Virus record (IMG/VR): IMGVR_UViG_3300025138_000026
Span: 15,644-79,643 of that record
Source of the DNA: a virus
Direction: 5' to 3' (one strand)
Length of the DNA stretch: 64,000 nt
In this document: positions 28,107-38,027 of the stretch, piece by piece
How positions within the stretch are numbered: position 1 is the stretch's first letter
Layout: the number at the start of each line of letters is the position of its first letter
Made by a program: the position numbers and the translations under genes
Notes under the pieces: model-generated
Databases searched by the model: none
Told to the model about the DNA's origin: nothing
Seen by the model: the letters and a program-made list of their open reading frames with translations, nothing else

Positions 28107-29802
28107 AAAACTAAGGGTCTTAATACACTCTAATCATAGCAGACTTGTTACGGGGTTTGGGAAAAATGCTAAAAATATTTTGTTAGCATTACATAATGAC
28201 CCACACATTGAAGTGATTGAAGCTGGAAATGGCGCGAAATTTGGAGCCGACTTACTGACTCCTTGGGAGTCTTATGGGACTCACCCCAGTGATCCATCAT
28301 TCTTAAGATCAATCCGAGGGGACGGGCCGAAAGAAAGAATGGCTCAATATGGTTACTATACGATAGATGAAATTGTAGAAAAATCTAAACCAGATGTATA
28401 TCTTGGGATTGAAGATATTTGGGCCTTTGCCGAATATCACAAAAAACCTTGGTGGAATAAAATTAACAAAGTTCTTTGGACGACTTTAGATAGCCTCCCG
28501 ATATTGGATCAAGCAAAACAAATGGAGCCTCACTGTGATAAGATGTTAGTGTGGGCATCATTTGCAGAGGAAGAAATGAAGAAGCTTGGACACAAAAATG
28601 TAGAGACAATTCATGGTGCTGTCGATTACTCTCATTTCAAACCAATGGATTATAGATCTGCTGTAAGAAAGAGATTTGGTTTAGACTCAAGTTATGTAAT
28701 AGGATTTGTTTTCAAGAACCAATTGAGGAAATCAGTACCGAATCTTTTAGAAGGATTTAAGATTTTCAAAGAAGAAAACCCGAATGTTAATGCAAAATTA
28801 CTATTGCATACAGATTGGGGGGAAACATCTCATGGCTGGGACATACCAAGGTATCTTAAAGAAATGGATATTGATCAGGATGATGTATTGTCCACTTACC
28901 TTTGCCATGCTTGTGATTATTACCACATTGCACCTTATCAAGGAGAAGACAAGGACTGTCCACGTTGTAAAAAAGAAAAATCGTTTAAAACTAAAAATAG
29001 CGCAAAGGGGATTAATGAAAAACAGTTGAACGAACTCTATAATTGTATGGACGTTTATTGTCATCCATTTACAAGCGGAGGGCAAGAGTTACCGATTCAA
29101 GAGGCTAAAGCAGCGGGTCTAGTGACTTTAGTCACGGAATATTCCTGTGGAACAGATTCGTGCTATGAACATCAAGGAGGAATCCCTCTTAAATGGAATT
29201 CATATAGAGAACCCAGCACCCAGTTTATTAAAGCATCGACTTGTCCGAAGGATATAGCTGCAAAGTTAAAAATGGCGCGAGGGATGACAGAAGTTGATAC
29301 TATGGTTCTAGCGGAGAAGGGGATAGAATACGTAAAGAAGGAGTTTTCAGTACAATCTACAGTAGAAAAACTGAAGAAAGTCCTATTAAACCTAAAAAAA
29401 CCCGAAGTTAAAGAAGAAGAGGCTAAAGACTCCCCCAAGACTTTAGGGATTGAAGATGTATTAGGCGATGAAGGCATTTCTAATAGAATCGCCGTTGTTC
29501 TTCCTGAATCAGCTGGAGATATTCTCATCCTAAATTCTTTAATGAAAAATCTTAAAGATTTATATCCAGAAAAAAATATATACGTATTTACTAAACCCCA
29601 GTTTTATCAAATGATTGAGGATAATCCAAGCGTTCATAAAATCCTTCCATATCAAGATAGTCTTCAAAACCTATTAATGCTAGAAGGGAAGGGAGACCAT
29701 CAGGGGTATTTTGACATGGCTTTTTTACCTAATATCGGGACGCAAAAACATTTAAACTATCTTCATAACGGTAAAGATAAAACACAATTTGAGTTACGAT
29801 GA
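28087..29802 (+). CDS. GT4-like glycosyltransferase with Cys4 insertion, fused to an N-terminal GT9-like domain
   Basis: TGFG, IHGAVD, NQLRK, CHAC..CPRC, LYNCMDVY..GGQELPIQEA; C-terminal PESAGDILIL...EDNPSV. Confidence 0.8.
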   Translation: MTESHSKKLRVLIHSNHSRLVTGFGKNAKNILLALHNDPHIEVIEAGNGAKFGADLLTPWESYGTHPSDPSFLRSIRGDGPKERMAQYGYYTIDEIVEKSKPDVYLGIEDIWAFAEYHKKPWWNKINKVLWTTLDSLPILDQAKQMEPHCDKMLVWASFAEEEMKKLGHKNVETIHGAVDYSHFKPMDYRSAVRKRFGLDSSYVIGFVFKNQLRKSVPNLLEGFKIFKEENPNVNAKLLLHTDWGETSHGWDIPRYLKEMDIDQDDVLSTYLCHACDYYHIAPYQGEDKDCPRCKKEKSFKTKNSAKGINEKQLNELYNCMDVYCHPFTSGGQELPIQEAKAAGLVTLVTEYSCGTDSCYEHQGGIPLKWNSYREPSTQFIKASTCPKDIAAKLKMARGMTEVDTMVLAEKGIEYVKKEFSVQSTVEKLKKVLLNLKKPEVKEEEAKDSPKTLGIEDVLGDEGISNRIAVVLPESAGDILILNSLMKNLKDLYPEKNIYVFTKPQFYQMIEDNPSVHKILPYQDSLQNLLMLEGKGDHQGYFDMAFLPNIGTQKHLNYLHNGKDKTQFELR

Positions 29803-30929
29803 GCCATCTAGCAGAGGAATACGCCAAATCATGCGGAGTAAAGATTGGTAAACCAGTATTGAATCCTCATTATTTCCCAGTTTTATACGATAAGTATATT
29901 ACAATTCATAATGACAAGAAAGTTCAGGCGAAAGAATATGACATGTGGGTTGATGTTGTTGAACTTCTTAAAACGCATTTGGGAGATATTAAAATCATCC
30001 AAGTCGGAGCTAAAGGAGAAAAAACAATTGACGGCGTAGATGCTCATATGCCCACAGAAACTCTGAAGCAATCTGCATATATTATAAAAAACTCTCTGGG
30101 ACATGTCGGGATTGATAGCGTCCCTGTTCACATAGCTTCTGCATTAGATAAGCCCGTTGTAGGTATCTATGCTCACACATATGCAGACACATGTTCTCCG
30201 CTTTGGAATGATAAAACAAAAGCGATAACAATTGAATCAGATAGGGGTGGAAAAAAACCCTCATTTTCTTTAGAGGAAAATCCAAAAACAATTAATTTCA
30301 TAAAACCAGAGGAGATCGCTCAAGCTGTTCTTGATGTTTTAGAGATCGATGAAAAAGTTGTTCATGAAACTATTTTCATTGGGGGTAATTATAAGTCAGA
30401 TTTTTACGAGGTTGTACCGATAAAGCGCACAAATATTGTGTCTGATCATATCGATGTAAGGATGGACTACGCTCATAACGAAGAAGTCCTGTATCATATT
30501 CTACAAAGAAATAAAGTTGAAGTTACTACTTCAAAACCCATTAGCGAGAGCCTGATTAAATCCAAGAGAATAAAAAAGTTAATATATAAAGCGGATTTGT
30601 TTGATCTTGATTTCTGTAAACTTGTAAAAGATCAGGGTATACCCACTATCACAATATGCACCTCTTCAGATAACCTCACTGAAGAAAGATCAAAAAACTT
30701 TGATCAGCTAATTAATTATCTAGATACTGAGGCTATTATTGAGAATAATAAAAAAAGGATTGATATCGACGATTTTAATACAATTAAAATTAAAAGTAAT
30801 AAAAAAATTGTTTGTGGAGACGAGATTTATCCTAGCTATTTTGATTTAAATGAACGAAAAAATTTAGATCATTTTTATCTTGACTTAGAATTTTTTAGAG
30901 TTTACCGTGAGCCACATGAGCAAGAATAG
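29799..30929 (+). CDS. GT9 (heptosyltransferase)-like C-terminal domain protein
   Basis: HLAEEY, YITIH, IIQVG, GHVGIDSVPVHIASALDKPVVGIY, IKPEEI. Confidence 0.72.
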   Translation: MSHLAEEYAKSCGVKIGKPVLNPHYFPVLYDKYITIHNDKKVQAKEYDMWVDVVELLKTHLGDIKIIQVGAKGEKTIDGVDAHMPTETLKQSAYIIKNSLGHVGIDSVPVHIASALDKPVVGIYAHTYADTCSPLWNDKTKAITIESDRGGKKPSFSLEENPKTINFIKPEEIAQAVLDVLEIDEKVVHETIFIGGNYKSDFYEVVPIKRTNIVSDHIDVRMDYAHNEEVLYHILQRNKVEVTTSKPISESLIKSKRIKKLIYKADLFDLDFCKLVKDQGIPTITICTSSDNLTEERSKNFDQLINYLDTEAIIENNKKRIDIDDFNTIKIKSNKKIVCGDEIYPSYFDLNERKNLDHFYLDLEFFRVYREPHEQE

Positions 30930-31689
30930 TGTTTACGGTCCAGATATTTACAAAAGAAACGAGCACGGCCTTTTAGAGAATGCTTCGTATTGTTTTAATG
31001 AAGACGGATCTGTTGATTGGAGATCCATGATCAAAGACGATTTCCTTTATCCTAATAAAGGTTGGTTTGAAGCAAGAAAGAAGCCTGTCCCAAGCTCTAC
31101 TGATGGATTGAAAGATAATCAACTCCTAATCATGCTTGGAGGCATTAAAGAACTAGCCAAGCTAAGAGGTTTTGAATCAGTGTCATTTGAAACAGAGAAC
31201 ATTTCCGATGGATATGTCAAAGCAACTTGTAGAATTATTTGGGGAAAGAATTACGAAAGCTCTGGAATCAACACAATTTACGAAGATGTCGCCAATGCCT
31301 CATTAGATAATACGGATGATTTTTGCGCTAAATTCCTAGAGACTATTGCTTGTAATAGGGCTTTTGTTCGTTGTGTCCGTAATTTCTTAAATATCCATAT
31401 CGTAGGGGCAGACGAGATTGATAAGTCAAAAGGAGCGAATAATTCTAATAGTGTGGAATATGATGCCTCTAGTGACTCAGTAATGCTCCCATTAACCCCC
31501 TCAGGATCGCTCCAGAAGGCTTTGAACGAGAATCATGGAGTAAAGTCCTTTGAGGAGTTTAAAACGTTTCTAAGGTCATTGTGGAAGAAGGAGTCTTACC
31601 GAAATGAAGAGGCCGCGAATTGGATGTCTTATGAGGACATCCCAGCCAAAGAATGCAGGAAATTGATGGCAATCTGCAAAAAATCATAG
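30916..31689 (+). CDS. Putative ssDNA-annealing protein (Rad52/Sak-like); start probably ATG 30916
   Basis: LGGIKELA..RG, ATCRI, ANAS, ETIACNRAFVRCVR; upstream TTGACT-17-TACCGT. Confidence 0.55.
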   Translation: MSKNSVYGPDIYKRNEHGLLENASYCFNEDGSVDWRSMIKDDFLYPNKGWFEARKKPVPSSTDGLKDNQLLIMLGGIKELAKLRGFESVSFETENISDGYVKATCRIIWGKNYESSGINTIYEDVANASLDNTDDFCAKFLETIACNRAFVRCVRNFLNIHIVGADEIDKSKGANNSNSVEYDASSDSVMLPLTPSGSLQKALNENHGVKSFEEFKTFLRSLWKKESYRNEEAANWMSYEDIPAKECRKLMAICKKS

Positions 31690-34179
31690 ACCTAGAGTGT
31701 TCCTCTGTCTCGCATTAAAGGAGCTTGGAAGCATTGATTTCGGAGTCAGCGCCTCCATTCCTTCTGTAATCTGGAAACCTTGATCTGGTGGAATTAGCTT
31801 TATCGTAGACTCACTCACTGTAGTTGTAATACCATCTGGACCGATAGAGATAGAAACAGAATTCATTGTTGGAGAAAACTCTGGGATCTGAAGGCCATAG
31901 AAAGTCCTACTAGAAGATTCAGGCTTATCAAAGCGATTACGGTATTTACCTCTAATTTTTTGGAGAACCTTCATTTCTGCAGTTGAACCAGAAGCAGATG
32001 ATAGACTGAGCTTGTTTAACATATTATGAGGTGGGCTTTCAATTGAATTATATTTCAAATCATAACGATCAAAAAGTTCAGCGATCTTCTGATCGTCTTC
32101 TGAAGCTTCTGCCAATTCATCGTCTTCAGCTTCTTCTCCATCTTCGCTTGTTTTATTGACCCGTGTCTTACTTCGTTTATAGGTTAATCGTAAAGTCGTT
32201 TTTTTCTTTATGGCTCTATAATAATTGTCAATTGATTGATTCATCAAATGTTTCATTCCCTCAACAAGAGTTTTATCGATAAGGTTGTTGGGGAAAGTTG
32301 GTCCACCTACAAGTAATCCTTCTGTGTGATTAGGATCTTCATAAATTTCATAATATTCCTGCAAAGGAGAAAAATCTACCTTCGCATCTTTTTGAACTAT
32401 TTTCTGATTGTTCGTGGATTTAACTCTTTCTAACTTAGGTATAGACCTAATAGCTATGAAATGATGCTCATGAGTGCTTTTTGCTGGGACTCCTCCAATA
32501 CGATTTTCTGCTTGAGTCAAATTAGCTAGACCTTTGACTGTCACATCTTGGTCTATGCCCAAAGAGTCAAAAAAGTCTGTTATGGGGGATAATTCCGAAA
32601 TTTCGTTTATTTTATCAGAGGCTTTTAAAGGACCAACAACATTGACATTGTTACTATTTGAGAACTCCATTCTCTCTACCTTATATTCTGAATAGCCATT
32701 TGAAATGTAAATACCTCCAGCTATTTGATAAAATAATTTCAGAAAGCTATATAATTGACTTCCATGGGGTCTAGGCATTTTTTTAAGATCGGTTCCTTCA
32801 AAGTGTTGGAATCTCACATACTTAAATTTGTTTGTGATCCTATTCATATTAAGAAGAGATGTTTTCTTCGCTTCTTTTTTCGCTTCTGCATCGTTAATAG
32901 CGAATACTGCTCTGTATTTTTCATCAGCATCTCCCCCATGCTCTTCTAGGAAAGGAATTAGTGGTAGAGCAGTTCCTTCTGGATTTAAAACAGGTTCATA
33001 ATCATATAGTTTACTTAAATCAAACGGATGATCATTTAATTTTTCTTTACCAAAAACTTCATTTTTCAAAGCTTTATTTTTAGCTATTGCAGTTGCGAAA
33101 TAGGTAAATTTATCAAAAACATCAACACTTTCCTCCTGATCAAACAAACTGAAAAAAGCAGCCAAAACAGTTCTAGATGCTTTTTTATGTATCCCTAGAG
33201 TCTCAAATCGACATCTTTTAAAGAAAATCGGTCTAGGTCTATCGTCATCTTTAGGATTGTTTGAATCTTTTTCTGTAGATCCATTATAAACGTTAACTAT
33301 TTTATTAGAAACGATACTCTCAGTGAAAGATGCACTTACAATATCGGAATTGGTTGTATCTGTATAATTATCAATTGGTATTTGACTAGCTATTTCACTG
33401 TTAATTAAGTTAATACTTCCATTTCTAGGGTCTACATACCAATAATAACCCAAATAACTTGCTATACTACTAACAACACTACTTAGAGTGCCACTGGTCT
33501 CAAATAAAGTATTATTGCTTGAGGGTAATCCATTTATAGATATGCCAACACTATTTAAAGCTGATCTAAAATCAGAAAGGGTATAACCAAATTTCAAATC
33601 GTATTGAGATAAATCTGGAGCAGCCTTATAAGTGCCATTTACAAACTCAGTGTTTAAACTAAGATCTTCTTTTAATTTCTTATTGTGATAGACAAGGCTA
33701 ATCTTAACTCCTTGAAAGTTGGCTGCAGACTCTACATTATAAACTTTTCCCATGTAGATAACAGACCCTTCAACTCTTGGTCCCTGAGATCTAAAAGATG
33801 TTAGGGGAGTATTTGCAACCTCTGTAAAATATGGAACTGGACCTTCAAAATCACTACCTCCATTTGGACCAGAATTGATACCCCGAACTAAAACCACATA
33901 AGATTCTAAAAGTAAGGACGTTCTATCCACATACCTTCTGGTGATCGCTTTTTTTGTAGGGCCAGCCGAAGTAGTTTTCTGAGTGCAGATAAAATTACCA
34001 AGCATCTCAGTAATTTTAGGATTAGAAAAGTTATTGATCTCACCTAGCCCACCGACGACAATGCCCAAATCTTCCCCAGTCTCTACAGATTTGGGGTTCA
34101 AGAAAGAAGTTACAGACGCTGTGTGACCTCCTCCAGCGTTTGTAAAATTCAAATCTACTTTTGTTATGCCTTCTCTCAT
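31684..34179 (-). CDS. Tail tip / baseplate hub-like protein
   Basis: Last gene of the tail module; large; TLSSVVSSIASYLGYYWYVD resembles hub proteins. Confidence 0.5.
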   Translation of the reverse strand: MREGITKVDLNFTNAGGGHTASVTSFLNPKSVETGEDLGIVVGGLGEINNFSNPKITEMLGNFICTQKTTSAGPTKKAITRRYVDRTSLLLESYVVLVRGINSGPNGGSDFEGPVPYFTEVANTPLTSFRSQGPRVEGSVIYMGKVYNVESAANFQGVKISLVYHNKKLKEDLSLNTEFVNGTYKAAPDLSQYDLKFGYTLSDFRSALNSVGISINGLPSSNNTLFETSGTLSSVVSSIASYLGYYWYVDPRNGSINLINSEIASQIPIDNYTDTTNSDIVSASFTESIVSNKIVNVYNGSTEKDSNNPKDDDRPRPIFFKRCRFETLGIHKKASRTVLAAFFSLFDQEESVDVFDKFTYFATAIAKNKALKNEVFGKEKLNDHPFDLSKLYDYEPVLNPEGTALPLIPFLEEHGGDADEKYRAVFAINDAEAKKEAKKTSLLNMNRITNKFKYVRFQHFEGTDLKKMPRPHGSQLYSFLKLFYQIAGGIYISNGYSEYKVERMEFSNSNNVNVVGPLKASDKINEISELSPITDFFDSLGIDQDVTVKGLANLTQAENRIGGVPAKSTHEHHFIAIRSIPKLERVKSTNNQKIVQKDAKVDFSPLQEYYEIYEDPNHTEGLLVGGPTFPNNLIDKTLVEGMKHLMNQSIDNYYRAIKKKTTLRLTYKRSKTRVNKTSEDGEEAEDDELAEASEDDQKIAELFDRYDLKYNSIESPPHNMLNKLSLSSASGSTAEMKVLQKIRGKYRNRFDKPESSSRTFYGLQIPEFSPTMNSVSISIGPDGITTTVSESTIKLIPPDQGFQITEGMEALTPKSMLPSSFNARQRNTLGL

Positions 34180-35036
34180 AAAATAATATCTTCTACTAAT
34201 GTTTTTACAGTGAACTCATTCCCCTCGATAGATCCACTAATCAAAGCATTAACTCCTGACTTTATTATACTTACACCTGTATAAAGCTCTAGATAGTTAG
34301 ATTGAAGCTCTGAGACTCCATTAATATAATAATTTGTTCTTTTCTCTATAAATCCAGAACCAAAAACATCAGGATTTACCCCTGTTACAGAGTCTGACCT
34401 AAATCTCTTCTTGTAAGCAGAGTATTTAAATTTATTTTTATTATTTGTTGTGACTACACCTCCGACATTTTGGGCTTCTGATCCAGCTCCTCCAAAAAGA
34501 GGTATGAAATTAGACTCTGTCCCAACAGAAACTCCAACGCCAACACCAGAATAAACCTTTTGACCATTTAAAAAATAATCACAATCTGAGAAACTAACCG
34601 ACCCCACAGAATTTACGATGGAAGCTTTTAAAGTTTCCCCTAAATCACCTGTCGCAGCAATTATCCCAGAGCCAGAAACTAGATTATAAGAAATATCATC
34701 CGAAGCATTTGCTGGAGTGGTCTGATCAAAAAATATCCTACTCTTATCAATCGGATCACTCTCCTCATCTTTAATAAAGAAATCTCCAGTATTTATTTGG
34801 TAAGATATTTCATTAATCGCTAACCCAGTTATCGGAATCTCCTGAGTTAAAGTTTGCCCATTTAAAGATAATTGAAATCTCCGATCCTCAAGAGATACTC
34901 TTCGGTCATAATAAACGATGTCTTGAGACCCCGCTACATCTTTATTTAATAAAAGAAAATTATCTGTATGCAAATCCAAGGAAGAGCATCCAGAAATCGT
35001 AGCGTCACCAGTAAATATAACAGAGTCGTAAATCAT
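34176..35036 (-). CDS. Virion structural protein, [ST]G-rich
   Basis: Repeated (L/Y/F)xNG-Q/V beta motifs; 13 [ST]G. Confidence 0.55.
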   Translation of the reverse strand: MIYDSVIFTGDATISGCSSLDLHTDNFLLLNKDVAGSQDIVYYDRRVSLEDRRFQLSLNGQTLTQEIPITGLAINEISYQINTGDFFIKDEESDPIDKSRIFFDQTTPANASDDISYNLVSGSGIIAATGDLGETLKASIVNSVGSVSFSDCDYFLNGQKVYSGVGVGVSVGTESNFIPLFGGAGSEAQNVGGVVTTNNKNKFKYSAYKKRFRSDSVTGVNPDVFGSGFIEKRTNYYINGVSELQSNYLELYTGVSIIKSGVNALISGSIEGNEFTVKTLVEDIIL

Positions 35037-36421
35037 ATCCTATCTCCTAAATAATAAATGTAATCTTTCTTCAAGTATTCTCCACTTACGTCCATTCTAA
35101 TTCCTGAATCATTAGACTTGGGGGTATCTATTACAGTCTCATACATAGGCTCTTGAATAACTCCACTTATTTTATCCAAAAACCCTGTTTGTATTCTAGA
35201 CCCAAATAACTGAACAGAAACAGTAGCGGCTCCAGATATACCCCTTTGTTCTATATACTCTGCTACTGCTCCCTCGACATCTTGTAATCCCAAGGTATCA
35301 AATGCAGAAGTGTCTCCAGTCGGCAAGTATTGATAACCAGAATCTGGATGTAGAAACCCGACCTCTTCTTTTACAAACCCAGTTACTTGGTTTACATCAA
35401 AAGATCTATAAATAAAATATCTATCACCCTCTCCCGTGTTAGTATTTGAATCAAAAGAGAAGTTTCCTGTAAGCATCCCTCTTCCCGTAGACAGGTTAAG
35501 ACTTCCAGTATTCTCATAGTCGTACCCAGTTATACCCGTTTCATAAACTGTGGTTTGATGATATCCTGTAATTCTAGTCTCCGTTGTAGCTGATTCAGAA
35601 GAGGTGAAGTAATTTCCTATCATTCCACTACCCAGACCAAATATAGTATTAGGAGAAATATAACCCGACAGTAAAGCGAAGGAATTTAGGCTTACATTAG
35701 AAGTCTTAAATTCTCCGTTTGTCCCTCTAAAATATTGATTAGAACCCCCGATGTAAAAATCTTCATTATTAGCGATAAAAGATGTGTCAACATTGAAATC
35801 ATCCTTATCAATTTGTTGATTGAAGAAATCATATTTGCACATGGTGACTTGATTAAATCCAAGGGAAAAACTAATTATGTTTCTTTTAGATAATTCTAAA
35901 TCACTAGAAGTATATATGAAATCCCCGTCTTTGCCAAACCCTTGGTAAAAAAGCTTCCCCCTATCTGTTATGCCGAAATTAAATCCTTTTGCTCCTGTTA
36001 TAACTTGATCATTGATAGTTGTTGAACTCTTCTCAAGAGAACCAAATAATACGCAATCATTCACTTCTCCATTAAATTCAAAGTCCATGATAACAGAGCA
36101 GTTAGAATAAGGCAGTGTCTCAGTACCTGTAATTTGCAAGTTTGATTCAGACAAGTCGGCTTTATCATTAATTAAAAATGTTCCTGTAGTTAGCTGTTTA
36201 GCCCCTGCATTTGTGGTAGAACCTAACCCAACTACAATTCCGCTATATATTCCTGTATCATTTGCTGGCTCGCAATTTTCTATAACAGAATATTTGGTTC
36301 CTGCTCTATTATCAATTCCAATATGCCTACCACTAAGCCCAGAAAAATCATAAAAGACAAGTAAGTCATTATTATTTCCTAATGATTCTGTTAAAGAGTA
36401 ATTTAAACCTTTTTCGCTCAT
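35033..36421 (-). CDS. Tail protein with LamG/concanavalin-like domain, [ST]G-rich
   Basis: LLVFYDF, GFNFGI, FYIGG; 24 [ST]G. Confidence 0.55.
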   Translation of the reverse strand: MSEKGLNYSLTESLGNNNDLLVFYDFSGLSGRHIGIDNRAGTKYSVIENCEPANDTGIYSGIVVGLGSTTNAGAKQLTTGTFLINDKADLSESNLQITGTETLPYSNCSVIMDFEFNGEVNDCVLFGSLEKSSTTINDQVITGAKGFNFGITDRGKLFYQGFGKDGDFIYTSSDLELSKRNIISFSLGFNQVTMCKYDFFNQQIDKDDFNVDTSFIANNEDFYIGGSNQYFRGTNGEFKTSNVSLNSFALLSGYISPNTIFGLGSGMIGNYFTSSESATTETRITGYHQTTVYETGITGYDYENTGSLNLSTGRGMLTGNFSFDSNTNTGEGDRYFIYRSFDVNQVTGFVKEEVGFLHPDSGYQYLPTGDTSAFDTLGLQDVEGAVAEYIEQRGISGAATVSVQLFGSRIQTGFLDKISGVIQEPMYETVIDTPKSNDSGIRMDVSGEYLKKDYIYYLGDRI

Positions 36422-36422
36422 A

Positions 36423-38027
36423 TTAATAGTATCTACTTACATTATAAGAAATAGAATTGTCATTTAAACTACTTGACTCAGAAAATATATATACTCCTGT
36501 CATATATCCACTCACAACATCCTTTAGTTCTTGCAACTGTCCTGTGGAGGCTTCACAAACAGCAGACGCAGAAAACTCTCCTGCACTACGGTTATTTATT
36601 TTTTGTTTTGCAAACCCCCCTAAACTTGGAACTATTCCACTTCGCTCCAATGGTTGTTTATCAGTTAAAGTAACTTTTAAACCCGTCAGGGTTCCATTAG
36701 AAAGATCTGGCCTATTATCAAATTCTAATGAGTAATTAATTATACTATCAGATGGATTTTTAGAAATGGACCTACTAAGCGGCTCAGGGTTAATATAGTC
36801 TCCACTTATATAGTATCCAGTTGCATACCCTGTAAAGTCTTGCAAAGCCTCAATAGCTAAATTTAAAAACCCAGACCCAGTAGCTATCCCACTATATTGC
36901 TCATCTATTTCAATAAACCTTTGCCCAGTAGCTGGGTCTCCAGTAGGGATAACTTCAAAAGGAGAATTATATTTAAATTCTCCCTGAATTGAAACTTTAA
37001 CTTTTGAATCATCTTTGCTAGCATTCACAGAAGAATTTCTCTTATGTGAAACATTTCCGACTTGGTCTGTATTTTCAGGGTCAGAGAATACATAGGAAAA
37101 GTTAATAACATTAGTTCCTGTATCTATATCATAAGATACTGTTTTCGGACCTCTATCCATAAAGGTATAGATTCCGCTTTCATAATCAGATAGGGAAGAT
37201 GCGATGGCGTTAACTGCAATTTCTTGAGCTTGAGATGCTGTAAATAGTCCTGTAGTCACAAGACCCTCCGAGTTTCTAATGGAGTCAAAGTCCCCTTGAA
37301 TACTAGCGTTAACGTTCACGCTTAAACCAGCTTCTTTCTCGTAAGATATAGAACAGTTTGATGAAAAAACTCCAGATAAGCCAGTCTTCATATACTCGCT
37401 TGAGTTATAACGATAAGTTTCTTGCAGCCCGTAGATATTCTGGCTCTTGTCTATATTCTCTGTCCTAGACATCAAATAGCCTGTCGCTCCAGTCAAAAAT
37501 AGACTTAAATCACGATAACCTGTTGTTCTACCAGTGACGAAGTGTCTAGCATTTACCAATGGAGAGGTCGCATCAACTTTTAACCCTTGTGCCGAAACAT
37601 TGTGGCTAGCCTCTACCACACGACCATCTTGTTCATTAAAAGACCAAGTATCGGTAGGATTATTTATTCCAAAAAATTCAGAAAAGTCTTCCGATTTATA
37701 ACAGCTAAAAGATACAGAATAAGGCAAGACAGTACTCAAATCAGAATCGGAAAAAGAAATTGTCTCAGGCTTTGCTTGTGTAAAAGTCTTATTACCTGCG
37801 TCATGAGAAACAGTAAGAGTTTCAAATGTTGACATTAAACCACTAACCATTTGCATCTTCTGCAAGTGTAAACCACTTAAATTTTCTCCAGTTAAGTTGC
37901 CTACGAGTTCAACCGTATTTCTAAAGTGGTCAGCCTTGCCTCCAAGGTAAACAGGCTCAACCCCTTGTCCAACGAAAGGGAAAGGAGTTGGGAAAGTATA
38001 AGTTCCATATGTAATTTGTTCAGACAT
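36423..38027 (-). CDS. Distal tail / baseplate protein, [ST]G-rich
   Basis: Position after TMP; beta-rich; 25 [ST]G. Confidence 0.55.
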   Translation of the reverse strand: MSEQITYGTYTFPTPFPFVGQGVEPVYLGGKADHFRNTVELVGNLTGENLSGLHLQKMQMVSGLMSTFETLTVSHDAGNKTFTQAKPETISFSDSDLSTVLPYSVSFSCYKSEDFSEFFGINNPTDTWSFNEQDGRVVEASHNVSAQGLKVDATSPLVNARHFVTGRTTGYRDLSLFLTGATGYLMSRTENIDKSQNIYGLQETYRYNSSEYMKTGLSGVFSSNCSISYEKEAGLSVNVNASIQGDFDSIRNSEGLVTTGLFTASQAQEIAVNAIASSLSDYESGIYTFMDRGPKTVSYDIDTGTNVINFSYVFSDPENTDQVGNVSHKRNSSVNASKDDSKVKVSIQGEFKYNSPFEVIPTGDPATGQRFIEIDEQYSGIATGSGFLNLAIEALQDFTGYATGYYISGDYINPEPLSRSISKNPSDSIINYSLEFDNRPDLSNGTLTGLKVTLTDKQPLERSGIVPSLGGFAKQKINNRSAGEFSASAVCEASTGQLQELKDVVSGYMTGVYIFSESSSLNDNSISYNVSRYY

